Positions 26,206 through 40,758 are shown, counted from the first letter of the stretch. The stretch is 64,000 nucleotides of DNA from Felis catus (GCF_018350175.1 NC_058368.1:171184001-171248000), one strand, 5' to 3'. Numbers and translations are program-made. Notes: generated by a model from the sequence alone, not told the origin.

Positions 26206-27519
26206 TCAGGAACGCAAACCTTTTCGACCTTTAGTTACATTATTTTATTTGGTGTTCACAGCAGCTTTTAACATAGCAAGGAGACTCGTATTACCATTAC
26301 CTCCAGTATACAGATAAGACAATTGTGGGTAATGGAATCATGACTCCAAATCAAGTGTTCAGTCCCCAAGATCACAAGACCTACAAGCTGTCACTTCCAC
26401 TCATCCCATGAGATATACTTATGAGCTGCAGAAGTCCAATTTGGGCAAAGCAGAGTAGTACTGCAGTGGGACAACCACCCTGAACAATGCGGAATCGTTA
26501 TCTGTACTTTGGACACTTTAATGAGTGTAAAGAATGGGAAAAGGGAGGTTAAGTGCCTTGAAATGTAGCTGAATACCTTGTCATCTGAGGTTTGCTTGGC
26601 TATTTTCCACTTTCACTTGCTTCAAATCCAACCAAAGACGTCCCTGACAGGTTATACCCAGAAAACTCCAATTTTAAAAAGTGCTGACATGACCATGGGC
26701 ATTGCTTTTGGGATGTAGGCAGACCTGATAGCAAAGCATTCACCTTTTTATAAAGTCCTGCTCTAGTTTTTTTCCAAGTACAAATCAGATTTAACCCTCT
26801 CATAGCCACCTAGTTGAGTGGCCCAGGGAACAAAATTCTGAGTACTTCATGGCAGTATTCCCAGAGGTGTCTTGTTAGAGCAATCACAAAACCACCTAAA
26901 ATCAAAGGGAAAGTCCTGTCAAATGAACTACTGAAACTGTTTTACTTTGTAGGACTTAACATGGCATGGTTTGTCGTAGTACTCAAGAAACGGTAACCTT
27001 GGAATAGAATCCCTATGCCTACTGGCGAGGGTCAGCTAAGACAACAGGCCTTTGGTTCCAGAAATATTGTCATGCTTTGGGGTGAAAGTCAGTCTACTGC
27101 CTCTAAATTATGAAACAACGATGACTGCCAACGCCTACCTTTAGTTAGATACAATCTTTCCTTTTAGTCTGTCCCACTTCTTAGGTAATGCGTTTCAATG
27201 ACAAGTTTATGGCCAATTGCACACAGCTTAACATCAACGGAAATGTCTTTTCCACCCCATCTCTTAGTCGTTCTCTTTGTGCCACACTCCAACTATCTAT
27301 AATGCACTGGAAAAAAGATTGGTTGACCTCCAGTGCAAATGTTAAATTGAGCACACACATTTGCCTCCAATCCTTCTCAAGATTCCACTGAAATAAAGAT
27401 TTAGGAATACAAAATGATTAAATGTGTAACAGCAAAGAGAAGGAGAGCAGGGTGATGTTTATCAGTACACTGATGGGTTTCAGTAAATACATCAAAGGTA
27501 GAAAATAGCAAGATGTGCA

Positions 27520-27960
27520 TGGCCTATGACACAGCAATTACACTCCTGGGATACATGTAAGTTTCCTTCTCACATAGGTCTGTTGGGTACGTGTGTTCAA
27601 ATAGTCTTTGCATATGTACACAGTGGTCATTATGGTAGTGGGGAGCTAGAAGAAACTTAGGGAAATAGATAATTAAGGAGGAGTGAATGCATTCCAGGAT
27701 ACACCAGGTAGCAACAGAAAAGTGATAAAGTAAGTGAAAATTTAGTGAACAAAGTAGAAACAGAATGAAAAAGCACAAGATCACTTATATAAATGAAAAA
27801 CTCTAAAACACAGTGGTGCATATTATAAAAATTGCATACTGTATATTTAAAGGACATGTGAATACATCACTGTGGTTTCCAATAGGGGAAAGGCAGGTGG
27901 AAAGGAATGGGAATGGGGATTAGGGAAGAAGGGAAATAAATATAATAACAGAGCGTACTC
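27520..27960 (+). mobile_element. Old L1ME-like 3' fragment
   Basis: 'cctatgacacagcaattacactcctgggatacat...' resembles the end of L1 ORF2. Confidence 0.5.
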
Positions 27961-28240
27961 ATTTAAATTACTAATAACAATGTGATCTGCACATGGTACC
28001 TGGGGTCCTATTGAAAAATATGTTGAATAGATGGATTGGATGACAAAGGGAGGGGGAAGCCACATTTCAGAATGAACTAGAAGGGAACCAATCTGTACAC
28101 TCTAACATGAAGAGGATCCTGCACCATTTACACTGAGAATCTCCTTGAGGATGCACTCTAAATTTTGACTGTAAGCAAGTGTAAACAATTTTATTTTTCA
28201 CTATGCTGAATACGTTACTTAGATTAAAAAATAAAAATTA

Positions 28241-28445
28241 ATGACTGAGTTGGTTAAGCATCCAACTTCAGCTCAGGTCATGATCTCATGGCTCGTGGGT
28301 TCAAGCCCCATGTCGGGCTCTGTGCTAGCAGCTCAGAGCCTGGAGCCTGCTTCAGATTCTGTCTCCCTCTCTCTCTGCCCCTCCCCCACTCACACTCTGT
28401 CTCTCTCTCTCAAAAAAAATCAATGTTAAAAAATTAAAGAAAAAT
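28241..28445 (+). mobile_element. CAN-SINE (SINEC_Fc, 5' end clipped)
   Basis: 'gttggttaagcatccaacttcagctcaggtcatgatctc...gagcctggagcctgcttcagattctgt'. Confidence 0.93.
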
Positions 28446-28786
28446 TAAAAATTAAATAAGAGGGTTGAGATATATTGAAAAAAATTCAACTTCCTCCCTT
28501 TTTTGCAAAGAACACAGTGAGACTGCCTGAAGGAAATGTAGGTCAAGACTTTAACATGCAGAGTGCCTACAGTCTTATGTATTCAAAAACTTGATTTCTC
28601 CTCTGTGCATATGAAGAAAACCACTCAGAAGACTGACGTGAGGCTCTGGAGAGTGGCTGCCCCAGAGCAACATCCATGAGAGCAACCATCCATGACACTG
28701 GTTTGGGCTTCCGTCAACCCTATGAGGACTTGAGTTTCTTAGGATGTGAAGGTTAGTGAATCTTTTATTAATAAAAATCAAGCTCA

Positions 28787-29017
28787 GAGGCGCCTGGGTG
28801 GCTCAGTTGGTTAAGCGTCTGACTTCAGCTCAGGTCATGATCTCACAGTCCGTGAGTGTGAGCCCCGCGTTGGGCTCTGGGCTGACCGCTGGGAGCCTGG
28901 AACCTACTTTGGATTCTGTGTCTGCCTCTCTCTCTGCCCCTCCCCTGCTCATGTTCTGTCTCTGTCTCAAAAATAAATAAAAACATTTTTTAAAAATTAA
29001 AAATTTTTTTTTAAAAA
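28787..29017 (+). mobile_element. CAN-SINE (SINEC_Fc)
   Basis: Head gaggcgcctgggtggctcagttggttaagcg; TSD-like aaaa[a/g]tcaagc. Confidence 0.95.
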
Positions 29018-29692
29018 GTCAAGCCCATCTTCTACTACATGAAAGGAAAATACTAAAAACCTGAACCAAGCACTAAATTAGAGAAAATCTAGAACTCCAG
29101 TGGAAAATAACTTTATTGATTCCCTATGTTTGCCACTGACATCGCAGCAGCAGGTCTCATGACACGACTCAGCAAGTCCAGCTCAGTCAGAAGGTTTGCT
29201 ACGTTATATGGCAGTTGCAGCCAGACCTTCCTGTCTAGGTGAAGAGATCATCCAAATCCCAGGAAAACAAAACACAGGCTAAAAAGCCCTGCAGCTGCAA
29301 ATAATTTCTGTCCAGTCATCAAAATGGCTCTTTGCTTTCACTGTGATTACCATATAAAAGTTCAGAACTAAATAGGGAAATAACACAAAAACATGATACT
29401 TGGGCAATACTCGGACAGCTGGGAGATTCTGTGTACACTGTAAGTTGAGTAAAGAAAATAATTGAGGCTTTTAAGAAAAGAAGCAGTACAGTTGTTTCAC
29501 CGATCAAAGACAAAATGGATAAGCTCTCAGAACACTTTCTTTGTCCTCTATAGGTTATCACTGGGCATTATCTCAGGGGACAGTCAAGTATCATTTTAAA
29601 ATGTTTCTATTGAAACTTTATTCCTTATTTCCAAAGCAAAAACTTACAAGGAAACTATTCAGTCATTTTAGAGCATGAAAATGAAAAACTAA

Positions 29693-29897
29693 GGGCTGCC
29701 TGGATGGCCTTAATCGGTTGAGTGTCTGACTTCATCTCGGGTTGTGATCTCACAGCTCCGCTAGTGAGTTCAAGCCCCCCACAGGTTCTCTGCTGTCAGG
29801 GCAGAGCCTGCTTTGGATCCTCGGTCTCCCTCTTTCTCTGCACCTGCCCCGCTCACACTTTTTCTCAAAAATAAACAAACATTAAAAAAAATAACAC
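29693..29897 (+). mobile_element. CAN-SINE
   Basis: SINE body; degenerate TSD aatgaaaaactaag / aatggaaaattaag. Confidence 0.9.
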
Positions 29898-30485
29898 AAT
29901 GGAAAATTAAGGCCACATCAAATGGTGTCTGAAGATACATCTATCTCAAGGGTTGAATTTAAGTAGCTGATTTACCATTTAATCTTGGGAGTGCCTGAGC
30001 ATTCACAATTCTTTTTACAATCTTATAGTTATCATGAGACAAAAAGGGTATTAAGAGCAGAATTTTTATGAGGTCTAAAAAATACAGTAACTCCAACTTG
30101 TGAATTGCTCCAGTTTTGTAAATAATAATAGAATAATAAATTTTTGAAAAACTCTTGGCTTATCTCACTTCAAATACAGCATATTAAATATAATCAATAT
30201 AAATAGCTCTGTTTATGATGAACAATTTTATTGTTTCAAGAAAAGTGGACATTTCTGTGATTAAGGCTTAGAATCAGTTTGCATTTTCTGTCAGCACACC
30301 TTGTGCGATTTTTTTTCTTTTGTTTCGTTTTGCTTTGATTTTTTTGATTCATTTGTTTGAGGTCCTGCTGAAGCAAAATTAAATATGGTGAAATTGGGGG
30401 ATTTAGTTGTGATTTGCCTTGAAATTTGACCTTTTAGAATAAACCAAATGGAAAACCAAGCAGTTTTTCAAAAGCAAAATTACTT

Positions 30486-30695
30486 TTTTAAAAAAAATGT
30501 TTATTTATTTATGAGAGAGAGAGAAAAAAAACACAAGCAAAGGAGGGGCAGAGAGAGGGAGACACAGAATCCCAAACAGGCTCCAAGCTCTGACCTATCA
30601 GCACAGAGCCCAATGAGAGGCTCAAACTCCCAAAATGTGAGATCATTGCCTGAGCCAAAGTCAGAAGCTTAGCCAACTGAGCCACCTAGGTGCCC
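30486..30695 (-). mobile_element. CAN-SINE (SINEC_Fc)
   Basis: 'gagacacagaatccc...gcacagagccc...actgagccacctaggtgccc'. Confidence 0.93.
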
Positions 30696-31717
30696 TACAA
30701 GTACTTTGGTGATTTAACCTGGTTTCCTAATTTCAAAGACAAATTAACCTACTGATTCCAAAGCAACTCAAATGTTGGCCAGCTCTTTACTGTACTGATG
30801 ATCCAGGCTGCCTGAATGTCTTTTATTTTCAGGCACCGAGACTATAATTGTTGATGGACAAGAGCAGATACCCCTGTGGGTATGTGCCTTAAGGTTATGA
30901 CCAGAGTGGAGTTATCTCAAGGTCAGGATGGGGAGGCTGTTCACATGAAGTTAGGAGTCATCACAATATTTACACAGCTATCAGGGTAAATTGAAATCAG
31001 ATCTTCTGTAATAGCATTGTAAGATGTTTAATCACCAGGAAAGTTATAACTCAAGTTAAGCACAGGATGCTTAGGCAAACAATCTTGGTGAACAAGTCTT
31101 AGAATATCAACCAAGTAGAAGGCTCAGGGGAATGGCTTTAGTTATCATGCCTTTTGAAGTTGCTTTATGCTGCTAATGCTGGGGATGTTGACAAAGCAGT
31201 CATTTTAATTCAGAGACAATCTGATGGGGACTAAAAACTAATCGATACACTTTTGACTGTTTTTTATTACCCAATGATGTGTGAAACTGATATGGTTATA
31301 TTATCCTAAAACCTCACTACACCCTTTAGAGACTGGGGATTGAGCGGAGCTTAGGAATTGGCAATAGTGAAAAATAAGTGAGTCTGGGGGAGAAGGATGG
31401 GTATGAAAGGGACAGATAGACACACAGCAAATATCAAGGCACTGCTCTCCACGCTGAGGCAGAGAAATACTTTCTTCTATCATGTAACTTACACTCGAGG
31501 TCAGAGTGGTTGAGAAAAAACAACAAATAACTTAACAAGGTAACATCAGACAGCTTCAGTGTTATGAAAAAAAATTAAACAAATAATATGATAGAGAACT
31601 TCTGGGGGAGTATTCATTTGCCAGGCAGACCAAGAAGGCAATGGAGCATAATAAGTGAGAGAAAGAGAAAGAGAGAGAGAGCAGTACAGATGAGGCTGGC
31701 CGGGATAAGAGTGATCC

Positions 31718-31924
31718 TAGCGTGGCTCATCCTGGGCATTATTGACATTTAAGGCCAGATGATTCTGTGTTGCAGGGGGGTGTTGAGTCCTGCAGGGTGT
31801 TCAGCATTGCTCCTGGCCCCTCCCTAATGCCAGTAACACTCCACAATTGTGACAACCCAAAATGTCTCCAGATTTTGCCAAACGTCCTCTAGGACATTTG
31901 AAATTCTCCAGCTGAGAACTACTA
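31718..31924 (-). mobile_element. MER20 hAT-Charlie DNA transposon nested in L2 remnant (~31400-32560)
   Basis: 'attgacattt...ggccagatgattctgtgttg...ttgtgacaacccaaaatgtctccaga...ttgccaaacgtcc...tgagaactact'. Confidence 0.85.
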
Positions 31925-33019
31925 GCTCATGTAAGGCCTTAGAAGCAGGAGTAATAGACAAAATATAGAACACCTCATGTGGCATGAACATCAGCCAATC
32001 AGGTTGGGCGCTGTCTGTAAATAATCCATATGGCTGTACCAGTGTATCCTGGATGAGTATCAACCCTGCTACAGCTCATGGTAAATTCTTTGGATCTTAT
32101 CATAATTGTGACTTAAAGCTATCATAGTATTTTAAGAAAGAGAGCAACATTTTTGTTTTCTTTTTATGTTTTTAAAAATACCATCTTCACTGCTAAGCAG
32201 AGACTAGATTTCCGAGCAGGGCAGCATGAGAGGAAGCAGGGAGATTAGTGGGAGGCTGTTGAAAAAGTGTGTGTGCAAGATGCTGGAGTAGTCACAGCAG
32301 TGGAGATAAACTGAAGTGATCACAACACATTTTAGAGATGGAGAGCAACCAAAGAATCAAGGATTGTAACTGGGTTTTGGCTTAACAATTGAGTAAATGG
32401 TGGTCATTTACTAAGATGGAGAAGACTAGGGCAAGAACAGATGTTTGAGGGAAAAATCAAGAATTTTATTCTAGGTATGTTAAGTTTCAGATGCCTCTGG
32501 AACATCCAAACGAAGTTGTGTAACAGGTACCAGTGCCATTTGGATACCTGGGTCTACAAAGTTTGTATATTTGATCATCAACCAGCATATACAAATATAG
32601 TAACAACGAATATCCAGATGTCTATGCGTGAACTTAGATAATCAACACAGGAAAGGCCACCAACCACTTAAACCAGAGTATCTGCTCATTTTCTGAGGAA
32701 TAACTTACATATTTTATGTCCTGCCTCCCATAGCTTCTGATTTCCCCATTACATTTGACTAAGATTAGCCTCATTTAACATCAATTAACAAATAGACTGA
32801 CCTTTGTACTTTGTTTTCCACCAAAAAATCTTGAGCAAATACCCCTGTGTACTGTTCAAAGTGTTAATAATGCAAAATTCAGTGCAAATCTATTAGACAC
32901 TGGGGTGGGGCAAAGGGCAGGGATAGGAACTCACAGCAGATGTTTGGGTCACAATATAATTCCTTATTGTTCCTCCTTGAGAGTCCAGGAACCCACAATT
33001 AAATACCATCTATTCTTTC

Positions 33020-33247
33020 TTTTATTTATTGTTTATTTTTTGATGTTTATTTATTTTTGAAGGAGAGAGAGAGAGGCAGAGCATGAGGGGGGAGGGGCAG
33101 AGAGAGAGGGAGACACAGAATCCAAAGCAGGCTACAGGCTCTGAGCTGTCAGCACAGAGCCCCACACGGGGCTCGAACCTGTAAACCACAAGATCATGAC
33201 CTGAGCCGAAGTTGGAGGCTTAACCGACTGAGCCACCCAGGTGCCCC
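33020..33247 (-). mobile_element. CAN-SINE (SINEC_Fc)
   Basis: Near-consensus body; TSD aataccatcta[t/a]tctttc. Confidence 0.96.
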
Positions 33248-34911
33248 AATACCATCTAATCTTTCAATATTCAGTAAATTTTATCATCATACATGTCATT
33301 TAGTATTATTGAATTCTTGATTATAGTATTGGTTTTGAAGAACAGGTGTCATTTCATTAGAATCAAACCTGGCTCTAACAGAGGTCAGCATACACCACTA
33401 TTAAAAATAAACAAATCTTACGTTCCAATGACACACTGTGATTTTTCAAAGCACTTCCTGCGCTGATGAAATTTTATTTTCACCACAATTTGTGACATGG
33501 GAAAGGCAGATATTTGTATATCTATTTTAAAATAAGGAAACTGTTGTCCAACTAGAGTCAATGATCTGGCCATGGTCCTATGTTGGTAAATATTAAAAAC
33601 ATAATTGGAACATAAGTGTTTTGACAACGAGTCCAGTAATGAAAATAAGTACTCTGCCAGTGAATTCTACAGTCTAACTCACACCACATGACACCAAAAG
33701 TGAACTCTTGCTTGACTTTTTCCTGAAGAGAATCTGAGCTGGTTCTCAACCCAGACATATTTTCCTATGTTCCTTCTCTCTAATCTAATTTTCCCGTGCT
33801 TGACAAAATTAATGTGGCTGCCTTCTGTGTTAAACATGCTGTTTTTCCTTCTGCTTTCTTGGCTCATCTCTGTCCTAGCTGATATCTTCCTGAGACTTCT
33901 TTGTTGGCATCCTAACTTTTCCATGATTACTTCACAGTCTTATTATGACTCAAACAGTGGGACAGACTATGAAACTTGAATTATCTTCTCTTTTTCCAAG
34001 CTTAGTGGGTTTACTCTACCTTTTTTTCTCCATTATTAATAGACTCCCTTTTGCTAACCTAAATTTTTTATTCTGCACTGAAAAAAATATTTTTTACTGA
34101 TTTTAAAAAATAATATATGCTATTATGGAAATGTAGCAAATGACATACAAGTACAAAGAAGAAAATTAAATTACCCACATTCCCACTAATCAAAGATTAG
34201 TGAAATTTGATTGCTTGATTTCTTCTCTTGTTTCTTGAATTAAATACTTAATTAACAATTTAAAATCCTTTCTTGTTAATGTGAGGAGATTCAAGTCTAT
34301 GAATTTTACTCCAAGCACAACTTTGGCTGCGTTCCATAATCTTGGGAGAGAAAGGAATAACATGAATTTAGAGAGGCAACATGACAGATCGTGTAGGGCC
34401 TTGTCAGCCATTGTGAAAACTTAGCCTTTTACTGGAGTGAAAGAGAGGTTACTGGAGAATTTCAGGCAGAGTAGTGACATAATTTAACTTAAAGGATCAA
34501 TTAAATTGCAAAGTTAAAATGCCACAAAAGTACAAATCAATCTAAGAAAATTAATAAGTAATTTAGCCCTCCTGTCTGTAGGTGATTTCATAGAAATATG
34601 TTTTCTAATTGCAATAACCAAAGTCTAATAAGCACTTAAGTAAATATTAATTATTATCATGTGATCCTAAAGTTTTAACTTCATAATACCTAGACTGTTA
34701 TATCTTACATAACAAGTTCTCAATAAATACCTGTTAAATTAAAAGAAGAAGAAAGGAAGGGAAGGAGAGAGATGAAGGGAGTGAGAAGAAGAGGGGAGGA
34801 GGGGAGGAGGAGGAGGGGACAGTAAAATCACTTCATCTACCTACTTCTACAAATAGGGAAGTACTTCTATTGCTTAGGGAAAAAAAATAGGGTAACACAT
34901 CTACTAATAGT

Positions 34912-35072
34912 CTTTTTATTTTTTTCATTTATTTAAATTCAAGTTAGTTAACATATAGTGTAGGATTGGCTTCAGGAGTAGAACCCAGTGATTCATATAA
35001 CACCCAGTGCTCATTCCAAGTGCCCTCCTTAATGCCCATCACTCATTTAGCCCACCCCACCTCCACGTCCCC
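34912..35072 (-). mobile_element. Severely 5'-truncated carnivore L1 3' end
   Basis: Poly(T), then 'tttaaattcaagttagttaacatatagtgt...aacacccagtgctcatt...tgccctccttaatgcccatcac'. Confidence 0.88.
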
Positions 35073-36576
35073 AATAATCTCTTAATATTTAGGAAATATA
35101 TAAGCCTATAGTTTAAAAGCAAAGAACTTAGAATTCTTATATGTCTTAAAACTGCTCTTAAAAATTTACTGAGGTTGTGTCTGTTTTTACCTGTATAATA
35201 TTTGCTTTCCTTACCTTTGTCAGTAATACCAATTTTTTTTAAGTTATATTCCTAGCTCCCACCCCTCTATATACACACAGAGAGAAAGACAAATTCTTGT
35301 GAAAAACTGAGATGGTGCAAGAAGATAGAGCTGAGTTTCTTCCCTGATTAAGAGCAGAACAACAAAGTGCTCATTTGGGCTTGGTTTTGTTATTAGTATT
35401 TTAAACAACACTGATTTTTATATCGAAGATTGCTTAATTAAAGGATTATATATTAAAGAGTTATTTTATGCATTTACAAAAGGAAATATGACCAGCTTCT
35501 CTATCACTGAATTGAGCAGCTTGCTATATCATTGGATAATGAACTGAGTGGTAAATTTGCTTTTCCCATGTGAAGCCACTTCCAGCCCAAGTGGCTTCTA
35601 AGTCTTTATGATCTAAAAGCACCAAAAAGACAACAGAGATACTTGAACAGAGATTACAGCAGAGAAGTATATTTGTGCAAATCCCCATTATCCTTCTGTA
35701 AGGGCTGACACATCAAATATATCCCATCTACATGTCATTTTCAGTTTCTGATACAAATTCCACCCAGAGCCTCAATACCAAGCTATGTTCTCTCAGTCTT
35801 TCCAATCAAAGATAGATAACAGATCTAACAGTAACAATTCATCTGACAGTTCTGTGATGAACATGTGAGCCACAATTGGATACAGATTGCTCTGCCATCA
35901 TTGCATTATCATCCCTGCAATTCTAAACATAAAATCCTCCTTTTGTGGATTAGGTAGGCAGTTATAATTTAAATGTCTGGGCCACAGCTTTGTGATTTCC
36001 TTCTTTCCACATCTAAGACTGACTTGATTAGTAAGTCTCAGGCAGGCACCATATGATTTACTGTTATCATATAATGCACATTTACAAGAGAATATAAATG
36101 ACTGAATTTTTCGTAGACTAATGTTATATTTTCCATTTCCTTAAATTCAATTATCCTCGGCTAGCCAAATTTATCCTGATTATACCCTGGTAAAACCATC
36201 TGCATTTCTGATTGTCCATATACCTCCCTGAATTTTCACTCTTGGTACCAAAGAAAGATAACATTAATTTTAGTCTCTGACATAAAAGCATTTTAAATGT
36301 TTATAAATACAGATTAAATAAAGAACTTGTCACTTCTCTATAAGGGTAAGTTAAATCATCTTTTTTTCTATAATGAGAGTTCTCACAGGGAATATCAGAG
36401 ACAGTCAATGTGTGAGAATTAATTGGCTGCTGTCTTTATTATGGGGGAATGGTAGGAGGGTATCCTCACAACCAAAAAGATGTTAAGAACTGAACAACTC
36501 AGAAGGACCCACAGACTTCTCAGAATCGGCTTCCTCCATGAGAAGAAGTTTATGGTAAATTATAAATTGTATCTAA

Positions 36577-36745
36577 GGGGTGCCTGGGTGGCTCAGTTGG
36601 TTAAGCAATCAACTCTTAATTTCAGCTCAGGTCATGATCTCAGGGTCTTGAGATCAAGCCCCTCATCAGGCTCCACACTGAGCTCAGAGCCTGCTTAAGA
36701 CTCTCTCTCTTTGCTGTCCCCCCACTTCTAAAAAAATTTTTTTTT
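36577..36745 (+). mobile_element. CAN-SINE (older type)
   Basis: ggggtgcctgggtggctcagttggttaagc...gagatcaagccc...gagcctgcttaaga. Confidence 0.92.
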
Positions 36746-39700
36746 AATTCTAAGATAAGGTTTAAACAGTATGACTGATGCTAAGGATAAAAATGCTTGC
36801 CAAGTATGGGTTTGGGCATGGTGCTGTTAGTCACTATCACAGCCCTGGGCTGTGGAATGGAGATACTTGGCCTTAAACTACAAGACCTTAGACTACAAGG
36901 CATTCCCAGGAGAGAAGCCCTCTAATGCCATTGGAGTAACTTGCCCAAAAGAAAACCCCATGAGAAGGGACTTACCTGTCTTGTTCACTGCCAGAATGCA
37001 TCAGTATACCTGGCTTTCTAAAACACAAGTTTCCAAATATAAAATTATTATTTCTGACTCGTCCTTATATACATACTGGTGTGTATCCCTCAAATGGTCT
37101 TCTATCACCCCAGCCCCTTCTTGGTCTGGGATGCTTCAGGGGGAGCATCACCTGGCAGAGAAAAGCACCTCTACCATCACTAGTGGTAGTTCTCATTAGC
37201 GTTCAAGTGATACTGGCTGCCAAGTATTCTAGAAATCATCCCTTCACCCACTATTCTGGATTATCCCAAGTGCACAGAGCAGTGTCTGCCACATGCCAGC
37301 TGATCAATACATTTTTCTGAGTAAATTGATGGATAAATGACCTATTTGCTTTCCTTATTTTGACTTATGCATTTTCCCAGGAACGTTACCTATTGCTAGT
37401 TCAATCCAATAAATACCAAATATCTGCATTGGTATCATCCACATTTACAATGCCATTCATTAAGACAAATCCTGACCAAGCACCTCCTATGTGGCAGAAA
37501 TCCTTCTGGTCCTGAAGGGACCCTCCAGGAGCCTGAGTGAGCTGGAGATGTGTTTGGACTTTTTCCCAAAAGCACAAATCCCATAAATAATTCACAAATA
37601 TGAAAGAAAAAGAAATGGCAAAGAGATTAAATGACTCATAAGTGTGCTACTATTCTTCAGGCTTAACATAACTTCTTTTTGGCTTTGGTCATAGTGTCTG
37701 AAAGTTATTTTTATGAACAGCTAGAGACATAAAAATAGTCACAACCATATTAGAGGCTGCATCAGCTTGAGGAGACCTCCAGACAGACATGTAAAATCCA
37801 AACCCCAAATAACTTATACTCATTGCCTACCTACTATGTGCCACACCCTGTCCTGAGACATATGTACACAGCCTTTCATTTAGTATCCAGAACTATCCCA
37901 TGAGCAAATTCTAGTTTTTATCTCATAGATGGCATAATTAAGTTGTGAATAGGCCAAATAACTTTCCAAAGGTAACCAGCTGATAAGTGGCAAGAACAAA
38001 CGTAATCTCCAGTCTTTCTGCTCTAAAATTCAGACGGTAAGCACTGTACCATCTACCTTATACAGATGTACATCTAGTAAGCTTAATTTCTCTAACATTA
38101 CAAATTTTATGCTAGAATATCCAATTTTTAAACTAAAACAGTCTTTTCACTTTTTGTCCACTTTTTCTTCCCATTTCATGAATTGGTATAAGTTGCTATG
38201 ACAACACTCATCAGCTTTTTCCTTCCTCTCTTCGTTTATCATACTCTTCTCTCTGGCTCCCTCATTCAGTGTGGTGTGACTCCCACAAGTGGCTAAACCC
38301 AAGATGGGCTAGGGTCTGCCTGGCCACATTTCAGGTGAACATGATTTACCTGTTAAGCCTCTTTATCCACTCCGCACATTCCCCTGTTCTCCTGATGCCC
38401 TTGACTACTAATCTGTTGCCTATCTACTGTGTCCAGTTACTGACCTTACCATTGGAGCTTGACTTATAATCTATTCTATGTATCTGAAAATGATCTATTC
38501 CTCAATTTTCCTAAAAGATACAGATTTGTCTCTTTTCCTGGACTCTGAACTTTCACAGACAAACTTCAAAGAGGATCAATATCTTGCCTTTCCAATATCC
38601 AAAATGCCTAAAGACTTGATTCGCCACACTCAATTATAAGCCAACATGGGACTATGTACCCATTTTTTATATCTTTCAGAGTACCCAGCCCAGCCTTTTG
38701 TACCTACTAAGTCCATAAGTAAGTTAACAAATAAATGAAGAGTTGCCTACTGGGTGAATAGACTATAAAACACCTGGTATAGTGCATAGATGAAGTAGAA
38801 TCTAATTTCAGAGGTACCACTTGTATTTCTTTCTTTCTGTACAAAGTGCCTAAGAAATATTTGTTCATGAAGATTACCAGAATTATTTGGTTTACAGTGT
38901 TTTTAATGTATTAGTTGCAATATATAAGACATCTACTACCTATCAGACACTAACTTAGATACTCTTTATAATTTTTAATTAAATAGCCCCCAAAATATGG
39001 GAGGTAAGTAAGTGTTGGGATCCCCTTTTTATAGTTTTATAAAGGCAAGTTAGGCAGATTCAGAGAGGTTACATAACTACGGATGATCTCCTAGGGAATA
39101 AGAAAGAGATTGATTTGATCCAAGGTCACTTTAATTTCAAATCCAAGACTTCATTCCTTCTACTACACTACACTGCCTCATTGAGAGAGTCCTATTAAAG
39201 TATTCCTCTTAAATCTGCAGGTGTTTTGGGGAGATGGTGGGACTAATACGTTGTCTTTAATCCATTACCACAAACTAGTTGACAAAAGCATCAAGCTATC
39301 TCCTAGCAGCAACAATGACCTTGTATAAATAGAAGTCAGGGTAGGTACACTGTAATGGGAGAAAAGGAGGTTTAAGATTTAAATAGGCATCTTCCCACAT
39401 TAACAGGGAGGTGAGACTGTACTTCAGGACCCTATATGACCAAAGAATAAGATGATGACACCAAATGACCAGAAGGGAGAGAACCAGAAACCAAAAGAAG
39501 AAACTAATAGGACAATAAGGCAGATAAATGATGGGTACTGAGAAAGGTTTTTCTACTTCACAAAAGGAAAAGGGCAATTTCTCAGTTCTCTCTTTTCAGC
39601 ATCTCTTGCTCTGATAGTAGGGATGGTCCTATCACTACACAAGATTAACAAGGTATGAGAGGATAAGAGAAGTAGAACAGATTCCACTCTGAAATAATAC

Positions 39701-40364
39701 CAGCTTTTAAAGTTACCAAATGATGTATGAGGGCATCTTAAATTCAAGATATACTTTTAAAAACTAAAAGGATTCCCAGCTTGAATTAGGGGATAAAGTG
39801 AATGCAAGTATCCTAGAAAATAAATAGGAAAAAATAGAAGTGGAAATAGCAGTCAAGTGCAAAAGTAGGCACGAGGCTAAGGGAAATATTCTTACTTCAG
39901 ATCCAAGGATCACCATAGAGAACCATGTAGGCAAGACATCAGTAGGTCTTTAGCGGAAGTAGTTATTGAAAAATAGAGTTCTCAGCCTCTCTTCTTCTGC
40001 TTAAAGAATACATCTTTAAGGCAGAACATTTCCATCTTAGGTAGTTAGTTAAACTTGAGAAGCTTAAATGTGTAGTCTTCTCTGATATAAACTAGGAATG
40101 TGCCCAACATCACTCTCGGGAGTAGCCTTCCTAATTTTCGTAAAAATCTTGCTTTTCACTTTCACTTATTCTCTTCAACTATGCATCTGCATTAATAAAA
40201 GTCCATATATGGTAATGGATGTTAGACTTACTGTGGTGATCCTTTCACAATATATACAAATTTAAACAAATATCAAATCATTCTACATGAAAAAAAAAGT
40301 TCTTTTAAGTATAGGCACAGATAGCCAATCTAACTGGATATAGTAAATGTTACAAATCCACCCT

Positions 40365-40758
40365 GAAGCCCTTGGATCCCTTTGACCTTTTCTGTGTCTT
40401 TGTGTTGGTTTTGTTGTGCTGTTGCTTTCTGTGGCCTTATCATGACTTTTCTTTTGAGGACCTGCTCAGGCTGCTGAGATGCACACACACAGGGAGCTGG
40501 ACATGCCTGGGAGTTTGCATTCCCTCAGAGTAGTCCTAAGCCAATGACTGGTACAGGATGGTAAAAGTCCAGCTTTCTGGTCTCTGGTCAAGGGAGCTCT
40601 ACCCTCCGTAGACTTGGCCTGAAATCACACCTCACACTCTTTTCTTACAGTGCTCTCTCCACTTCCTTCCTGCTTCCCTTGGGAGAACTTCCTTAATAAA
40701 TTACTTGCCCAAGATTTCTCTTCTCAGAGTCAGCCTCTAGGGAACCTGACCTAAGACT
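40365..40758 (+). mobile_element. ERVL solo LTR (LTR16 family)
   Basis: 'tgcctgggagttt...agccaatgactg...acttccttaataaattacttgc...ggaacctgacctaagac' matches the LTR16-type 3' end. Confidence 0.75.

Noticed and set aside
35572..35598. Perfect 10-bp hairpin gaagccactt-ccagccc-aagtggcttc
   Set aside because: About one such stem is expected by chance in 64 kb, and it is too short for a pre-miRNA.
36970..37030. Minus-strand 42-nt exon-like segment with CAG|gtaagt donor
   Set aside because: It lies in an L2-like remnant (gtgaacaagacag...ctcatgg) and has no other support.
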